DNA from: Moniliella sp. 'wahieum'
Taxonomy: Eukaryota
Direction of reading: 5' to 3'
Assembly: GCA_003971905.1 (NCBI GenBank)
Contig: RSEE01000013.1
Location: 806,001-870,000 of the forward strand
DNA: 64,000 nt
Shown: piece by piece, positions 50,833-64,000 of the stretch
How the letters are laid out: each line of letters opens with the position of its first letter
Position numbering within the stretch: the stretch's first letter is position 1
The notes under the pieces: generated by a model
Told to the model about the DNA's origin: nothing
The model's input: only the letters and a program-made list of their open reading frames with translations
The model's database searches: none
Position numbers and translations under genes: made by a program

Positions 50833-51503
50833 CCATCTCTTAATATCTCGCACTATAGCCCCTCTCTCCTTCCCTGCCTTCCTCTCTCTCGTAAGTGCCT
50901 AGCCCAGATCGCCGCACCGGCGCACGAGGTGGGAGAAGAATCGTTTCCCACTCGTCTTCTCAATTGCTGACGCTGGGTCCCTGTCGCCCTCCACATGGGC
51001 TGCCAGGTTCGGGGTGCACGGTGCGCCACGGTAGTATGGGGCCACGTCGCTCTGGCGCGGCCTGTTGGAACGGCCTGGGGGGGGTGGACCCGCGCCAGCC
51101 TACTGCTGCGCTCCTCGACGCCAACCGTATCGCACAAGGATCACCTTAGGCCTCAACTGATACCACTTGCAGCACATCAGACCAGCGGCACGTCCGTTCG
51201 CCCAGCCAGCTACCCCGGTGCGCAGAAAATGATCCGTTGAATTGCGCCCCCCCCTCCCGGGCGCCGATTCACCGCATTCCCCGACCGAAACGCGACCTGC
51301 TTCCCCTCTGACTAATGCCTGCTATATACGAATCAGCATAACCACGGCCGGTACCTATTCCCCTCCGCCCTCACCTCTTCCCTCCTGCATACGATGCCTA
51401 CATGACCTTTTCCCCTGTTCTATCTATCCGCCGCTTCTCTCGACTCGCCCCCCCACGCTCACAACGTTCACGCGATCCGTCATTACAACACTATTGCCTT
51501 GCT

Positions 51504-53838
51504 CTAGCTCCAGAGCAGAACAAGCACGCCGTCGCAGCCGTCGCCGTCTAAATGCCACAGCATGGGCACGGGACCGGCAACGGCCCGAGGCTCTAGGCAC
51601 AGGGAAGGGACATGGCGCCTCGGTTCCGGCCCAGCCTCACCGTCGACGCGTACCCGTCGTGGGCGTTGCCTGGCCCTGGCCGGACAGGCTGGAAGCGAGG
51701 CGCGTGGGCCCAAGGGGTGGTGGAGCAGTGCCGAGGCCGGTGCCGGGGCTGGGGTAGCCGTGGTCCTGCGTGGCTGCACCGACGCGCGCAGGGCGAGCGA
51801 GGGAGAATGGCGAAGGGTACGCGATGGGTAAAGAACAGTCTCAGTTCCCGCGCACCCACATTCTCAATCGAATACGCATTGCCGCGCGGGACGAGGAACA
51901 TGCCGCCCGGCGCAATGGTAAATGCGCTGCGGCCGACTTTGATCAAGGCGACGCCTTGGATTACCACAAACACCTGTTGGATCCCATGTTAGTCAGTTGA
52001 TTGGCCTGCCCCACCTGCCCAACTCAAGGGGGAACCCGAAGGGGCACGTACATAGTTGTTGTCCTTGCTAGACTTGGTCGGTTTGCTCCCGCCGACCGGA
52101 ACAGACAGCACGCCAGCGGCCAACGCATCGTCGGCACTCAACAGCTTTTCAAACCCATACGTCTGGCCTTCGAACGTACGTGGGTTCATCTGCATCGACG
52201 TGCACGCAATCGTTCGTTCCACTTCTTGGTTCAGATCGGGATCCCACACCACCTGAACCCGCTCCGTCGCTTCGTCCATCCCATCCTCCACTGCCACATT
52301 GTCCGCCGTCGGGTCCAGCTCAACAAACCCATCGTCTTCGTCGGCAGAAAGAACCTCCTGGTCCTCCCCGTTCTGCTTCGCCTTTCCATTCGCCCGCGCT
52401 GCCGATCCCCCAGTCCGTCGGACCGCAGCTCTGGCTTTCTTGCCCTTGTGGAAACGCAGCCCGGAAAAGGTCCCTTCGCCTCCGCCCGATTGACACGGTA
52501 CACTCGCCGCAACGTTGGACCCGGCACGCCTGCCATCTCCCCCTTGCCCACACTCGGACGACCGTACTCGGCCCTCTCGCCACGCCACCATTCCAGCGGC
52601 TTGATCCGATGGCGCGTTCCGCGTCGTAGCCCGCCATCGGCTTCGGCCTCTTGCCCTTCCCTAGCCAGTTGCACCCTCTCCTCTTCCAACCGGGCGCTCG
52701 GGTCGACGGGACGAGCACGGGGGGCCTTGCCGGTCTTACCGCCCTTGGCTGCTCCACGGCGGCGCGGAACAGGAGCAGGCGCAGGCACAGCGTCTTCCGC
52801 CTCACTGCCCTCACCAGCATCGGCATCAGTGTAGGCATCAGCTTGCGGTAGCTCGTCCGGGAGCTCGGGGGAGGGCTCAGGGAAGGCACGGGTTGCTTGC
52901 GCGGTCGGCCACGCGGCTTGGCCTTGGGCTTCGGAGGCACCGCCGTCGGGGACGGAGCATGGCTTGGTTGGGTTACTTTTGCACGCCCACGCGCAGGCGC
53001 CGTCTTGGTTGTCGGTTTGGTCTTGGACCGCTTGGCCGGCGCAGCATTCACTGCTTGTCCTCGGCGTTTCCGCGGAGGGGGGGACGCATCCTCCTCATCT
53101 TGCCCTCTGCTCTTCCTCATATTGTTCGTGTTCGTGTTCTTGCTCTTGCTGTTCCTTCTTTCCACGTTGCACGGCGAAGAGATGCAGGTTGGACCGGACT
53201 GCGCGTAGCCGCCGGAGCGCGTTGGCCGCCCGAGGCTGTGGACGCGGGCGAGTCCGGGACGAGGAGGCCGGCTGTTGTGAAGCTGGGGCCAAGGCCGAAG
53301 CCAGCTCATCATCATCATCATCATCATCGTCGTCGTCCCCTGGCTCAGCCTCGGCCATCCAACTGTAATTGCCGGGCTGGGGCTGACGGCGCGTACGCGT
53401 ACGCGTCGACGCGGCGGGACGCACGGAGGTGAAGAGGGAGACTGGCTGATCGATCGCGGGTTTGCGGCGGCGCGGTCCGAGCGGCGGGCCGAACGGGGGG
53501 GGATCGCTTCCTCTTCCTCCTCAGAGACAAGGGGGACAGCGCGTCGTTGGCAGCGAACAGGCGCGTCTCTCTTCTCCTCCTCCTCTCCCTCCTCCTCCAC
53601 AGCAGGGGGGAGGCACGGTGTTGGTGGCGGCGGCGGTGCTCGATGCTGCGCTCGACGGCGGCGCTGGGGGTGTCGCTGGGGGGCGGTGTCCATGTGGTGG
53701 TGCTGCTGGGGTTGGCGGCGCGGGTGCGGAAGAGGGACTCCATCTGGGCGCGCATGGCGGAGGGGTCGGCGGGATGGCGTCGGGGCGCATGCCCGTGCGG
53801 CTGCCGACGCCGCGCTCGTAGAAGCGGTGGGTGGCCAT
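51504..53838 (-). CDS. MIF2: inner kinetochore protein CENP-C/Mif2; intron 51974-52051; 3' end approximate
   Basis: N-terminal GSRTG; AT-hook-like PRGRPRK; CENP-C motif RRGTRHRIKPLEWWRGE; C-terminal cupin KPTKSSKDN..FVVIQG..GGMFLVPRGNAYSIEN..LFF. Confidence 0.9.
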
Positions 53839-54192
53839 GGGCGGCGAGGGGGGCGGCGGGAGGCGGGGGCAGACGCGGGCGAAGAGACGACGGAGGCGGG
53901 AGCGATGCTGGGACGCGCCGGACGGCTTCCTTGGTGCGCCCGACGCGCCGCCCAGATGCGCCGTCGGCTCGGCGTGGCACCAGCCACTTAGCTCAGCCGC
54001 CCCGGCCCACACTGCCCCGCCGCCGCGCGGACCAACCCTAGCAGCCCGCCCCGATCGGCCACGTCACGTGCACGCGTCCCCCGCGCCCGCTGCCGGCCAG
54101 CGCTATCGAACCCACGCGCTATGTCCTCGGCACCCGCCTGCCCCTCCCAGTCGCAATTGAACCAATCCATTCAGGCACCCCCCACCCCATCC

Positions 54193-56065
<1,873 letters not shown>

Positions 56066-56322
56066 GGCGGGCAGAGCGGAGGGAGGGAAGGAGACGGAGA
56101 GTGGTGGTGGTGGTGATGGTGGTTCGAGCGCCCACCTGCGCCGGCGCTCTGCCTCGCCCCCCCGGGCGGGCGGCGGCCCTGTTTTCGAACTCCTGCCCAG
56201 TACGTAATCCGCCGCCGAATTTCGCCCGCGAAACATTTCAACTAGGCTGCTTGTGATGCATGATGGCCATCCGCCCGACCCGCTTTTTTTTTTGTGGCAG
56301 TCGCTCTCTTCCACCAGCCAGC
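56066..56322. promoter_or_regulatory. probable bidirectional promoter VMA1/ELP3
   Basis: Only 257 bp between divergent start codons. Confidence 0.6.
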
Positions 56323-58126
56323 ATGTCGGCCACCGCCACCGCCACCGCCACCGTCCCCGTCACCCCGGCCGCCCCGGCCCCCGCCAGCACCGCCAGCACC
56401 GCCGAGCAGCTGCTCCGTGTCTGCGCCGATGTGGCTGCGCGCCTTGTCCAGGCCTACGAGGCTGGCGAGACGGTCAACCTCAATGCGCTGCGCCAGGACA
56501 GTGCGCGCAAGTTCCGCATGAAGGGCGTTCCCAAGCTCACCGACGTGATTTCCGCCGTACCGGACCAGTACCGCAAAGAACTGATGCCGCTGCTCAAAGC
56601 CAAACCCATTCGTTCTGCCAGCGGCATTGCTGTTGTCGCCGTCATGTGCAAGCCGCATCGGTGCCCTCACATTGCGTTGACAGGCAATGTGTGCGTCTAC
56701 TGTCCTGGCGGGCCCGATTCGGACTTTGAGTACTCGACCCAGTCCTACACTGGCTACGAGCCGACTCCATGCGTGCCATTCGGGCACGGTATGACCCGTT
56801 TGAGCAGTCGACCGGGCGAGTGCGGCAACTGCGTGAGTTGGGACACGATGTGGACAAGGTCGAGTACATCATCATGGGCGGGACGTTTATGAGCTTGTCG
56901 CAGGAGTACCGTGACACCTTTATTGCACAGCTGCACAATGCTCTGTCGGGATACACAGGACTGGACGTGGATGAGGCGGTACGCTATTCGGAGCGGGCGC
57001 AAACCAAGTGCATTGGTATCACCATCGAAACACGGCCAGACTACTGTTTGCGACCGCACTTGTCCCAGATGCTCCGCTATGGCTGCACACGTCTCGAAAT
57101 CGGCGTGCAGAGCGTGTATGAAGATGTGGCGCGCGACACGAACCGTGGACACACAGTCAAGGCTGTCTGCGAGACGTTCCACCTTGCCAAGGATGCTGGC
57201 TACAAGGTCGTGGCTCATATGATGCCCGATCTTCCTAATGTTGGGGTGGAGAGGGATATGGAACAGTTTAAGGTACGTTTTCTTTTTCTTTGTCTTTTTC
57301 CCTCTTCCTTTTTCTGCTACGCGATAGTAACTCTCTTCCCCCCTGCAGGAATACTTTGAAAACCCAGCGTTCCGATCGGACGGCCTTAAAATCTACCCCA
57401 CGCTCGTGATTCGAGGGACGGGGTTGTACGAGTTGTGGCGGACGGGGAGGTACAAGAACTACACACCTTCCTTCTTGGTCGACCTTGTGGCCCGCATCCT
57501 CGCCCTGGTCCCGCCATGGACCCGAGTTTACCGCGTGCAGCGGGACATCCCCATGCCCCTCGTTTACAAGCGGGGTGGAGAATGGCAACCTACGTGAACT
57601 GGCATTGGCGCGGATGAGGGACTTTGGCGTGTCATGTCGTGATGTCCGGTACCGCGAGGTGGGCATCCACGAGCTGCACCACAAGATCCGTCCCACCGAG
57701 GCCGAGCTGATCCGGCGAGACTATACGGCGAACGGGGGCTGGGAGACATTTTTGTCCTATGAGGATCCAGAGAAGGACATTCTGATTGCGCTCTGCGACT
57801 GCGCAAGTGCTCCAAAGAAGGCACTTACCGCCCCGAGTTGACAGCTCAACCTTCGAGTATTGTGCGCGAACTGCATACGTACGGCTCGGCTGTTCCCATC
57901 CACAGCCGGGACCCGACCAAGTTCCAGCACCAGGGCTTTGGCACGCTGCTCATGGAGGCGGCGGAAAAAATCGCGCGCGAAGAGCATGGAAGCCACAAGC
58001 TTGCCGTCATCTCGGGTGTGGAACCCGGGATTACTACCGCCGCCTGGGGTACGAGCTGGACGACCGTACATGAGCAAGATGCTCCGCCCCGAGGAAGGGG
58101 AGACGCTAGAGGATGACATGTGGTAG
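56323..58126 (+). CDS. ELP3: Elongator subunit 3 (radical SAM + GNAT); intron 57273-57348
   Basis: [73 protein letters not shown]. Confidence 0.98.
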
Positions 58127-59380
58127 AATGTGATTATGCTTCCACACCCTGCGATGTAATACCCACCCGTGGGATTCCTGGCCTGCGATGCATGGTAAAC
58201 GTGGTGGGCAGGTGGGAGCGACACGCCATCTGGCTAAAATAAGAACAAGGCAGCCTACATGTAGTGTCTCTTCGCACGTTCGCACACCCGACTCGGAATT
58301 AATCAGGGCCACTGCGCCGGGTCACGTGGCCTTCCCCAAAGCTGGCCCGCCTGCTCTGCCCGGCTTTCGTTTAGGCGGAAGAGTAGCGCCGGGCGGGGCG
58401 ATCGACCACCCAGGATGTGCCTCATTAAGCTTGACCAACATCGCCTCAGGCCCATGAAGACAACCGCAACCGCAAAGCCAGCGCCTTGGTGCGTACCCGG
58501 CCATATACCTATGCCCGCTGGTTGGCATGTACGCTCTGGCCCAGTCTGCCCGCCCGCCGCGCCCCTTGGACGAGGAAGAGGCCGAACAAGATGTGCTCAA
58601 TGACCACCACCGTCATTCTTACCCCCCTCGTCCCCTTTCCGCCTTTGACCCGCCCTTACCACTTCCCAGCCCCTATCCCAGCCCCTACCCCAGTCCCACT
58701 CCCACCCCAACCCCAATCCCAATCCCAATCCCACTGCTCTCCGCCCTTCCACTACCTTGGCCCCATCCTCTGTCCCTGGCATCGCTACCCCCGTCGGGCC
58801 AAGTCTCGACCACCTGACCAAAAATGACCATTGGCGTTCGGCGTTCCAGCAAGCCGGTTCTGGCTTCGGTGTCCTTCCAGGGCAAGGTGAGGAGCGGTGG
58901 GCACTTTCTGCGCCTACAATCCAGCGCCATTCCTGGCCACCACGCATCAGGCGTCATGAAAAGAGAAGTGAGGGAGAATGAAGCACGTTCAATGGTAAGG
59001 CAGTGCCAGGCATAGGACACCATATGGTTCGATACGATGCGATGCGATCCGATACGATACGAGTCAGCTGTGCCCTGCCCGACTGGAAAGAGATGATCAA
59101 GGGAGGCAGACACTGAAAGCGATGCGAGGGGGAGAATAACTGAGCATAGCGCGGATGGGGGTGGACGCAAGACAAGAGGACAAACAAACAAAATGGGAGA
59201 GAGGGGGTGGAGGGGGAGATAGAGCCAGAGTCGGGTGGCAGCATTACGGGCCCGGGCGGGGAGTGGGAGGAAAAGCGGCTTGGCCAGAAGGTGGGGCTCG
59301 TAAACAAGAGACCTGAGGCTGCAGTGCAATGGGCAAAAGGGGGAGGTATCGATAAATAGCGTCAAGGGTCCGACGGGTGG

Positions 59381-61415
59381 TTACGTGCAAATCGTCAAGG
59401 ACGAGTCTTGGGTTTTACGGCGGGAGAAGGAGGCGGTGCGCGACGTGTCGGGTAGGTTGGGGGTGGACGTGCGGCTGGTCCGGGACCCAGCGGGCGAGCT
59501 ACGGCCCGGGGGTGGGGTCGACCCCTCTGCCGTGAACAGTGAGGGGGCGGAGCCCACCCGAGCACGACGAAGACTCGGCAAGTTCTTCCCCACTGCCCGA
59601 GACGGCCGCACCGAGCCCAGCGGAGCGGAGGAGGCCACCGAGGCCGCGGCTGCATTCGCCTGCACCATGATGCGCGACAGGGCTTTGCGGGACGAATCGG
59701 GGGCAGGAGGATCAAAGAGCAGTTGAGCCACCTCGTCCAGTACCGGCTGAGCCTCGTCATCCATTGCCAGTGGCTCCTCTGGCCGCGAGACTGGATTTTC
59801 TCGAGACCACACTTTGGGGGCAGAACGGTAGGCTGCACCAGCACGCCGTGCAGCCTCCTGGGCGGCCCGTCGCTCATGCAGCATTCGTTGTGGCGTAGGC
59901 CGGCGCCAGTCCCATTCGGGCCCAGCCGCAGCACGGCCGGGGAAGAAGCGTTCAAACCAGAGATCGGGTTCTTCACTCGATGAGAGAAGGGGGGACGTCG
60001 TTCCATCCGGCGAGGGGGAGAGGGGAGCAGAGGAAGCGCCATCATCGGGACTCAGAGTAGAGGGGAAGGAGCGGGGCTCGTCGAACCCCTGGCCTGAGCT
60101 AGAGCGCAGGGGAGCGGCATGCCGAGCATGGGAGCGGGCGTGGACTTGCGCATGGGCAGCCGCATGCATCGCATGCGCCGAGATGGCGTGCCAGCGCAAA
60201 TCTCGGCGGGAGCTGGCCGTCAATCCCATACCACCCAACGATTCCTCGAGCGAAGAGCGTAGGGACGCATGCTGTGTCCGGTCGCGGGACGAATGCAGGT
60301 CGCGTGCACTTGATAAGAGCGCATTGAGTTGAACGCGAGTGCGGGCACGTGCGTGGGACTCGACATAGGGCTGCCAATCGGGTTCGGTGAGCCGGATTCG
60401 GCGGCCGGCACTCGACCCTTGCGATGACCCCGATGCCCGTCGAAACATCCGAAACGAGTCGGAAATGGGAGCGCGTACACTCGATGAAGAATCCAACACT
60501 CGTTGGGGGGAGAGAAGGATGGGGTCGGGGGCCGAGGCTCGCCTTTTTCCCACGGTAGACGACGGTCGGAAGTCATCACTGCCGACTCCTAGTGGCGAAA
60601 CGGATAGGGGGAAAGCGCTGGGTGGAGGGGATGAGGCCTTTCTTGCCTCCTCCTGGGCCCAGTGGACGGTGATGGGGTTGGACTGCAAGGGGGTGGTGGG
60701 GTCGTTGGAGGTAATGGCAGCCAGGAGAGAGCAATCTTCGCTCGAGTCGAACGTATGATCTTGGTCCTCTTCCCTGATGGCATCGGGGTCCGACATGGAC
60801 ATCAGGCGATCTGACGCCTGTCCGCGGACCACACGCGATCCAGCTCCGCCTGGGCCTGCATGGCCATGTGGTGCAACTGGAGCGCCAGACCTTGAAGCGG
60901 ACCTTCGGATCCAGCAGGGCCGGGATCAGATTCGGAGTCGGTATCGAGCGCATACTCGCTGAAACTGGACGGTTCGAGGCGGACGCCTCCCCGTTTCCGT
61001 CCATGCGATGGAAAAGAGTTGTGCAGGCTGCGGACCTTGGCGTGGGGCGATGGTGGATGTGGTGGTGGTGCACCTGGATCGGAGCGTGACGAGGGGCACC
61101 CAGGCGGGAGGAGCGGGTGGGTTGGCGGGCCATGAGGTCATCGTCGTCAGCACTGACGTAGTTTTCTCCGTCGCTTGGCACGCCGCCGTGGCCAAAGGGG
61201 CCGAGGCGCAGGAGAGCGTGCTGGAGCAGGTGCAGGAGCGGAGCCAGGACGGCGCCTAGACCGCGCAGCGCGAGGGTCAACACCACGGTCACCATGCGGA
61301 GGAGCATGGGGAGGAACGGGGGCAGGGGCAAGTTGCGGGTGGGCGAGGGGGCGGGTGGTTTGGCGTCTGGGTGGAGCCAGCGGGGGTACGCGGGCGGGGG
61401 CGAGGCGGGCGGCAT
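59381..61415 (-). CDS. hypothetical low-complexity protein with an N-proximal hydrophobic segment
   Basis: Overlapping 279-aa and 483-aa ORFs on the same strand, probably one gene split by an indel; S/P/R-rich. Confidence 0.55.
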
Positions 61416-61837
61416 GGGACGTGGGGTGGATGGATGCGGAAATGACGACGGTGGCGGTGGCAGTGGCGGTAGCAGTGGCGGTGGCTAGAGGACGGCGCGG
61501 CTGGTGGACATGGAGAGGGGGCTGGAGGGGGTGGGGGGGGGGAACGGAGGCGATACGGGGCGGGGGTGTTGGCTGAGATGGATGGGATGGGATCGAGAGG
61601 CGGCGGATGGGAGCTCAGGCCGAGATCAGAGAGGCTCAGCGCAGAGCACATGTGCTGAATGCGCTGGATGCGCTGAATGCGCTCCGCACCCAGCCGCAGC
61701 CATGCTGAAAGCCAACCCCGCCAGCGATTGCGGGGCGGCGTCCCGCAGCGTGCTGCACGGGGGCAGTCGCCTGCGTGTGTGTCCGGCCGCATCCACGCGG
61801 CAGGGCGTGAGTGTCCATCCACCCGCCGCCCACTGTG

Positions 61838-61872
61838 ACGCGTGATGCGTGACGCGTGACGCATGACGCGTG
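61838..61872. repeat. heptamer array of ACGCGTG and variants (5 units)
   Basis: ACGCGTG ATGCGTG ACGCGTG ACGCATG ACGCGTG. Confidence 0.9.
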
Positions 61873-64000
61873 AAACGCCAGCGCCAGTGCTCGGCTGGTG
61901 CCAGGGACCAGGGTCCGGGGACAGGGCACACGGCCGCACTCTCAGGACTGGCCGCTCGGCAATACAGCGTGCGTGCGGGTGGTGTTTGCGTGCAGGTGCG
62001 TGCATCTGCGTGCGCCGGCCGAACATGCACAGCTGCCCCCCAAATGCATCAGCCATCATCGACATCATCGATCATTGGCCAATCGACAACCACCCAAGAT
62101 CTAATCCCACACCCTCCCCGCCGCCCACGCCCACGTTGCCAACGCCCTACCACCGCCTCTCCACTCCTCGCGATAGCATGCCGAGCATCTTCGACGCCCC
62201 CCCCACACTGTCACTCACGCTTATCCACTCAGTACTCACATGCACTCACACTTCTCCACACTCACATTCTCACAGGTGCCAGTGATCTCGATCATGATCA
62301 ACAGTAGTGACTATAGTGTTAGTGACTAATGGCTGCCCTCGTCTCTATCTCTCTCATGTCCTTAATTTGTCCTTCCTCCACGCTCCACCGGCCACCCTTC
62401 AAGCTTCTCTCCTTGCCCTCCTGCCCGCACAGCCGCAACGGCGTCCATCTACATCCACACTGCCTACAGCCATAGTGGTCACCGTCACCAGCCACCTTTT
62501 CGAACAGACTGTGTATCGAGTATCCTTCATTTTGCATCATTTTCCGATTCCTCCCTCCCCCCACTGCCCAGCCTCACCGGTGAGACTCACCAACTCCGCC
62601 TCGCTGTTGCTCGGTGCGATTGACCCATGCTAATCGATTACACTCAAGCTCGCGCCCTCCCGCGCAGCGATATCGTCTTCCCGCCCCGTCACGCGTCACG
62701 CATCCTCGTATGCCGACCACAGCGACCACCGTCAGCTACCGCTTCAACCGCCGATGATCGATGATCGATGATAGATGAGGACACCCCTGCTCCACCTTCT
62801 TTTCACAATGAGTAATGACGTCAATGGCGGCACCGTCTTCGAGAATGTCGACGACGGGCACATGAGCACAGTCATCACGATGATAACACGTAACATGCAA
62901 CACCTGTGGGCAGGGGCGTGATCGATGATCAATCATGGATAATCTCGATCAATGTCAGATCGAAGTAAAAAGGTAGTGGACTTGGGTCGACGGCGTGGTC
63001 ATATAACTGCTCGAACGCAGTCTCGGCAAGAGCCGCAGAAGAGACGTGGCACAGAACAGCCAGTCTACCACACCATCATGGCCACTCCATACCTGTCATA
63101 CCTGTTGCGCTCCATCACTTCTGTGTCCTGCATCCATCTTCCATTGCATATTGTTACGGGCCGCGTCGGATCCAAGATGGTCTGATCCTAGCTAAGGCCG
63201 CCTGCTCTGCACCAACCCAGTGGAGCGCGCCCCCAAGCCCAACCAAGTTTGACGATGGTTGGTTGTACCCTGTACGGTGGTCCGAGTTGCCATGCGTACG
63301 CGCGACAGTAGTCGCCTCCCGCCCAAGTCCAAGTCGGTGGTCAAAACGAGACCACCAAGTATTCAGTATCTTTGCGACGTCCGTCGCCCGTCACCACTTA
63401 TTTTCCTTTCTCGATCGCGCCTGCGGCGATCAACCCCTCTTTTGACGTGCCTTTCTTTCTACACCCCTTTTGTGTCTGTTTCCCCTTTTTCGATTAAGCC
63501 TGTACCCCGGTGGGTGGGGGATCTTTTCCTCCACCCTCCATTTCGTCCCTTTCCCGCCTATCCTGTCCGACTCCTGCCCGTTTCCAGCCAATTGATCCAG
63601 TACAGGCAGCTCTTCTTGTTAGCGTCCGACTTCTCCTCCGACCTCGTCCTCCAGCCCCTCGTCAACCCCATCGCGCGAGCCCTCCTTTGGCCGCGGCGAT
63701 TCCCAGTCTCAGTTAAGGCAGTGTTTGTCCGCCGCTGCCTCCTCCCGTCCCTAAGTCCCGGAGGCTTCAGACACGTTACTACGGCCCAAGCCGGTGCAGA
63801 CGCAGCCTTGCCACACGTGCAGCCGCCCCACCAAAGGCCTCTCCTCGTCCCTAGCTCCGCTCGGATACACCAACCAGCCCAAGCCCGAAACTACCGTGAG
63901 TCGTCCTTCCGTCTCCTAAGGGATTGTACCCCAAGAACCTGGGTGAGCCCCTGGCGGGGCCCGCCCGTGACACATATACTTCGTATACTCTGCTGCTAAT

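Noticed and set aside
63259..64000. 246-aa ORF at the right edge
   Set aside because: Non-ATG start, no recognisable motif, pyrimidine-rich; a GTGAGT donor (63896) and GCTAAT suggest the 5' part of a gene continuing past the window.

Overview
Eukaryotic, GC-rich fungal DNA with short GT-AG introns and CTRAC branch points, most likely a basidiomycete (Ustilaginomycotina-like is an inference). The assembly has many 1-bp indels: ATG7, DOHH, GPI10, MIF2, VMA1 and ELP3 are all split across frames, so frameshifts are treated as probable long-read errors and gene ends are approximate. Content from left to right: a Ty1/copia LTR retrotransposon on the minus strand that runs off the left edge, with gag and pol in one frame separated by a single UAG; a degenerate stretch resembling a chromodomain start plus a Dam/DIRS-type N6-adenine methyltransferase; a secreted protein; ATG7; a DUF6533-like membrane protein; a ferric reductase; an MFS drug:H+ antiporter; a candidate spliced 47-aa zinc-ribbon microprotein; a coiled-coil protein; DOHH/LIA1; a GDSAG esterase; RPL6; RPL33; GPI10; a ~10.7-kb gene-poor region holding a 5'-truncated CRE/Cnl1-like non-LTR retrotransposon and dispersed repeats; an HMG-box transcription factor; MIF2/CENP-C; VMA1; ELP3; and a hypothetical protein. 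Most notable observations: the gag-UAG-pol junction, a window-wide family of 7-bp-periodic intergenic repeats built from A-NNNN-T palindromes, the methyltransferase-like relic, the microprotein, and a VMA1 intron sitting at the yeast VMA intein insertion site. All motif calls are by eye; no searches were run.
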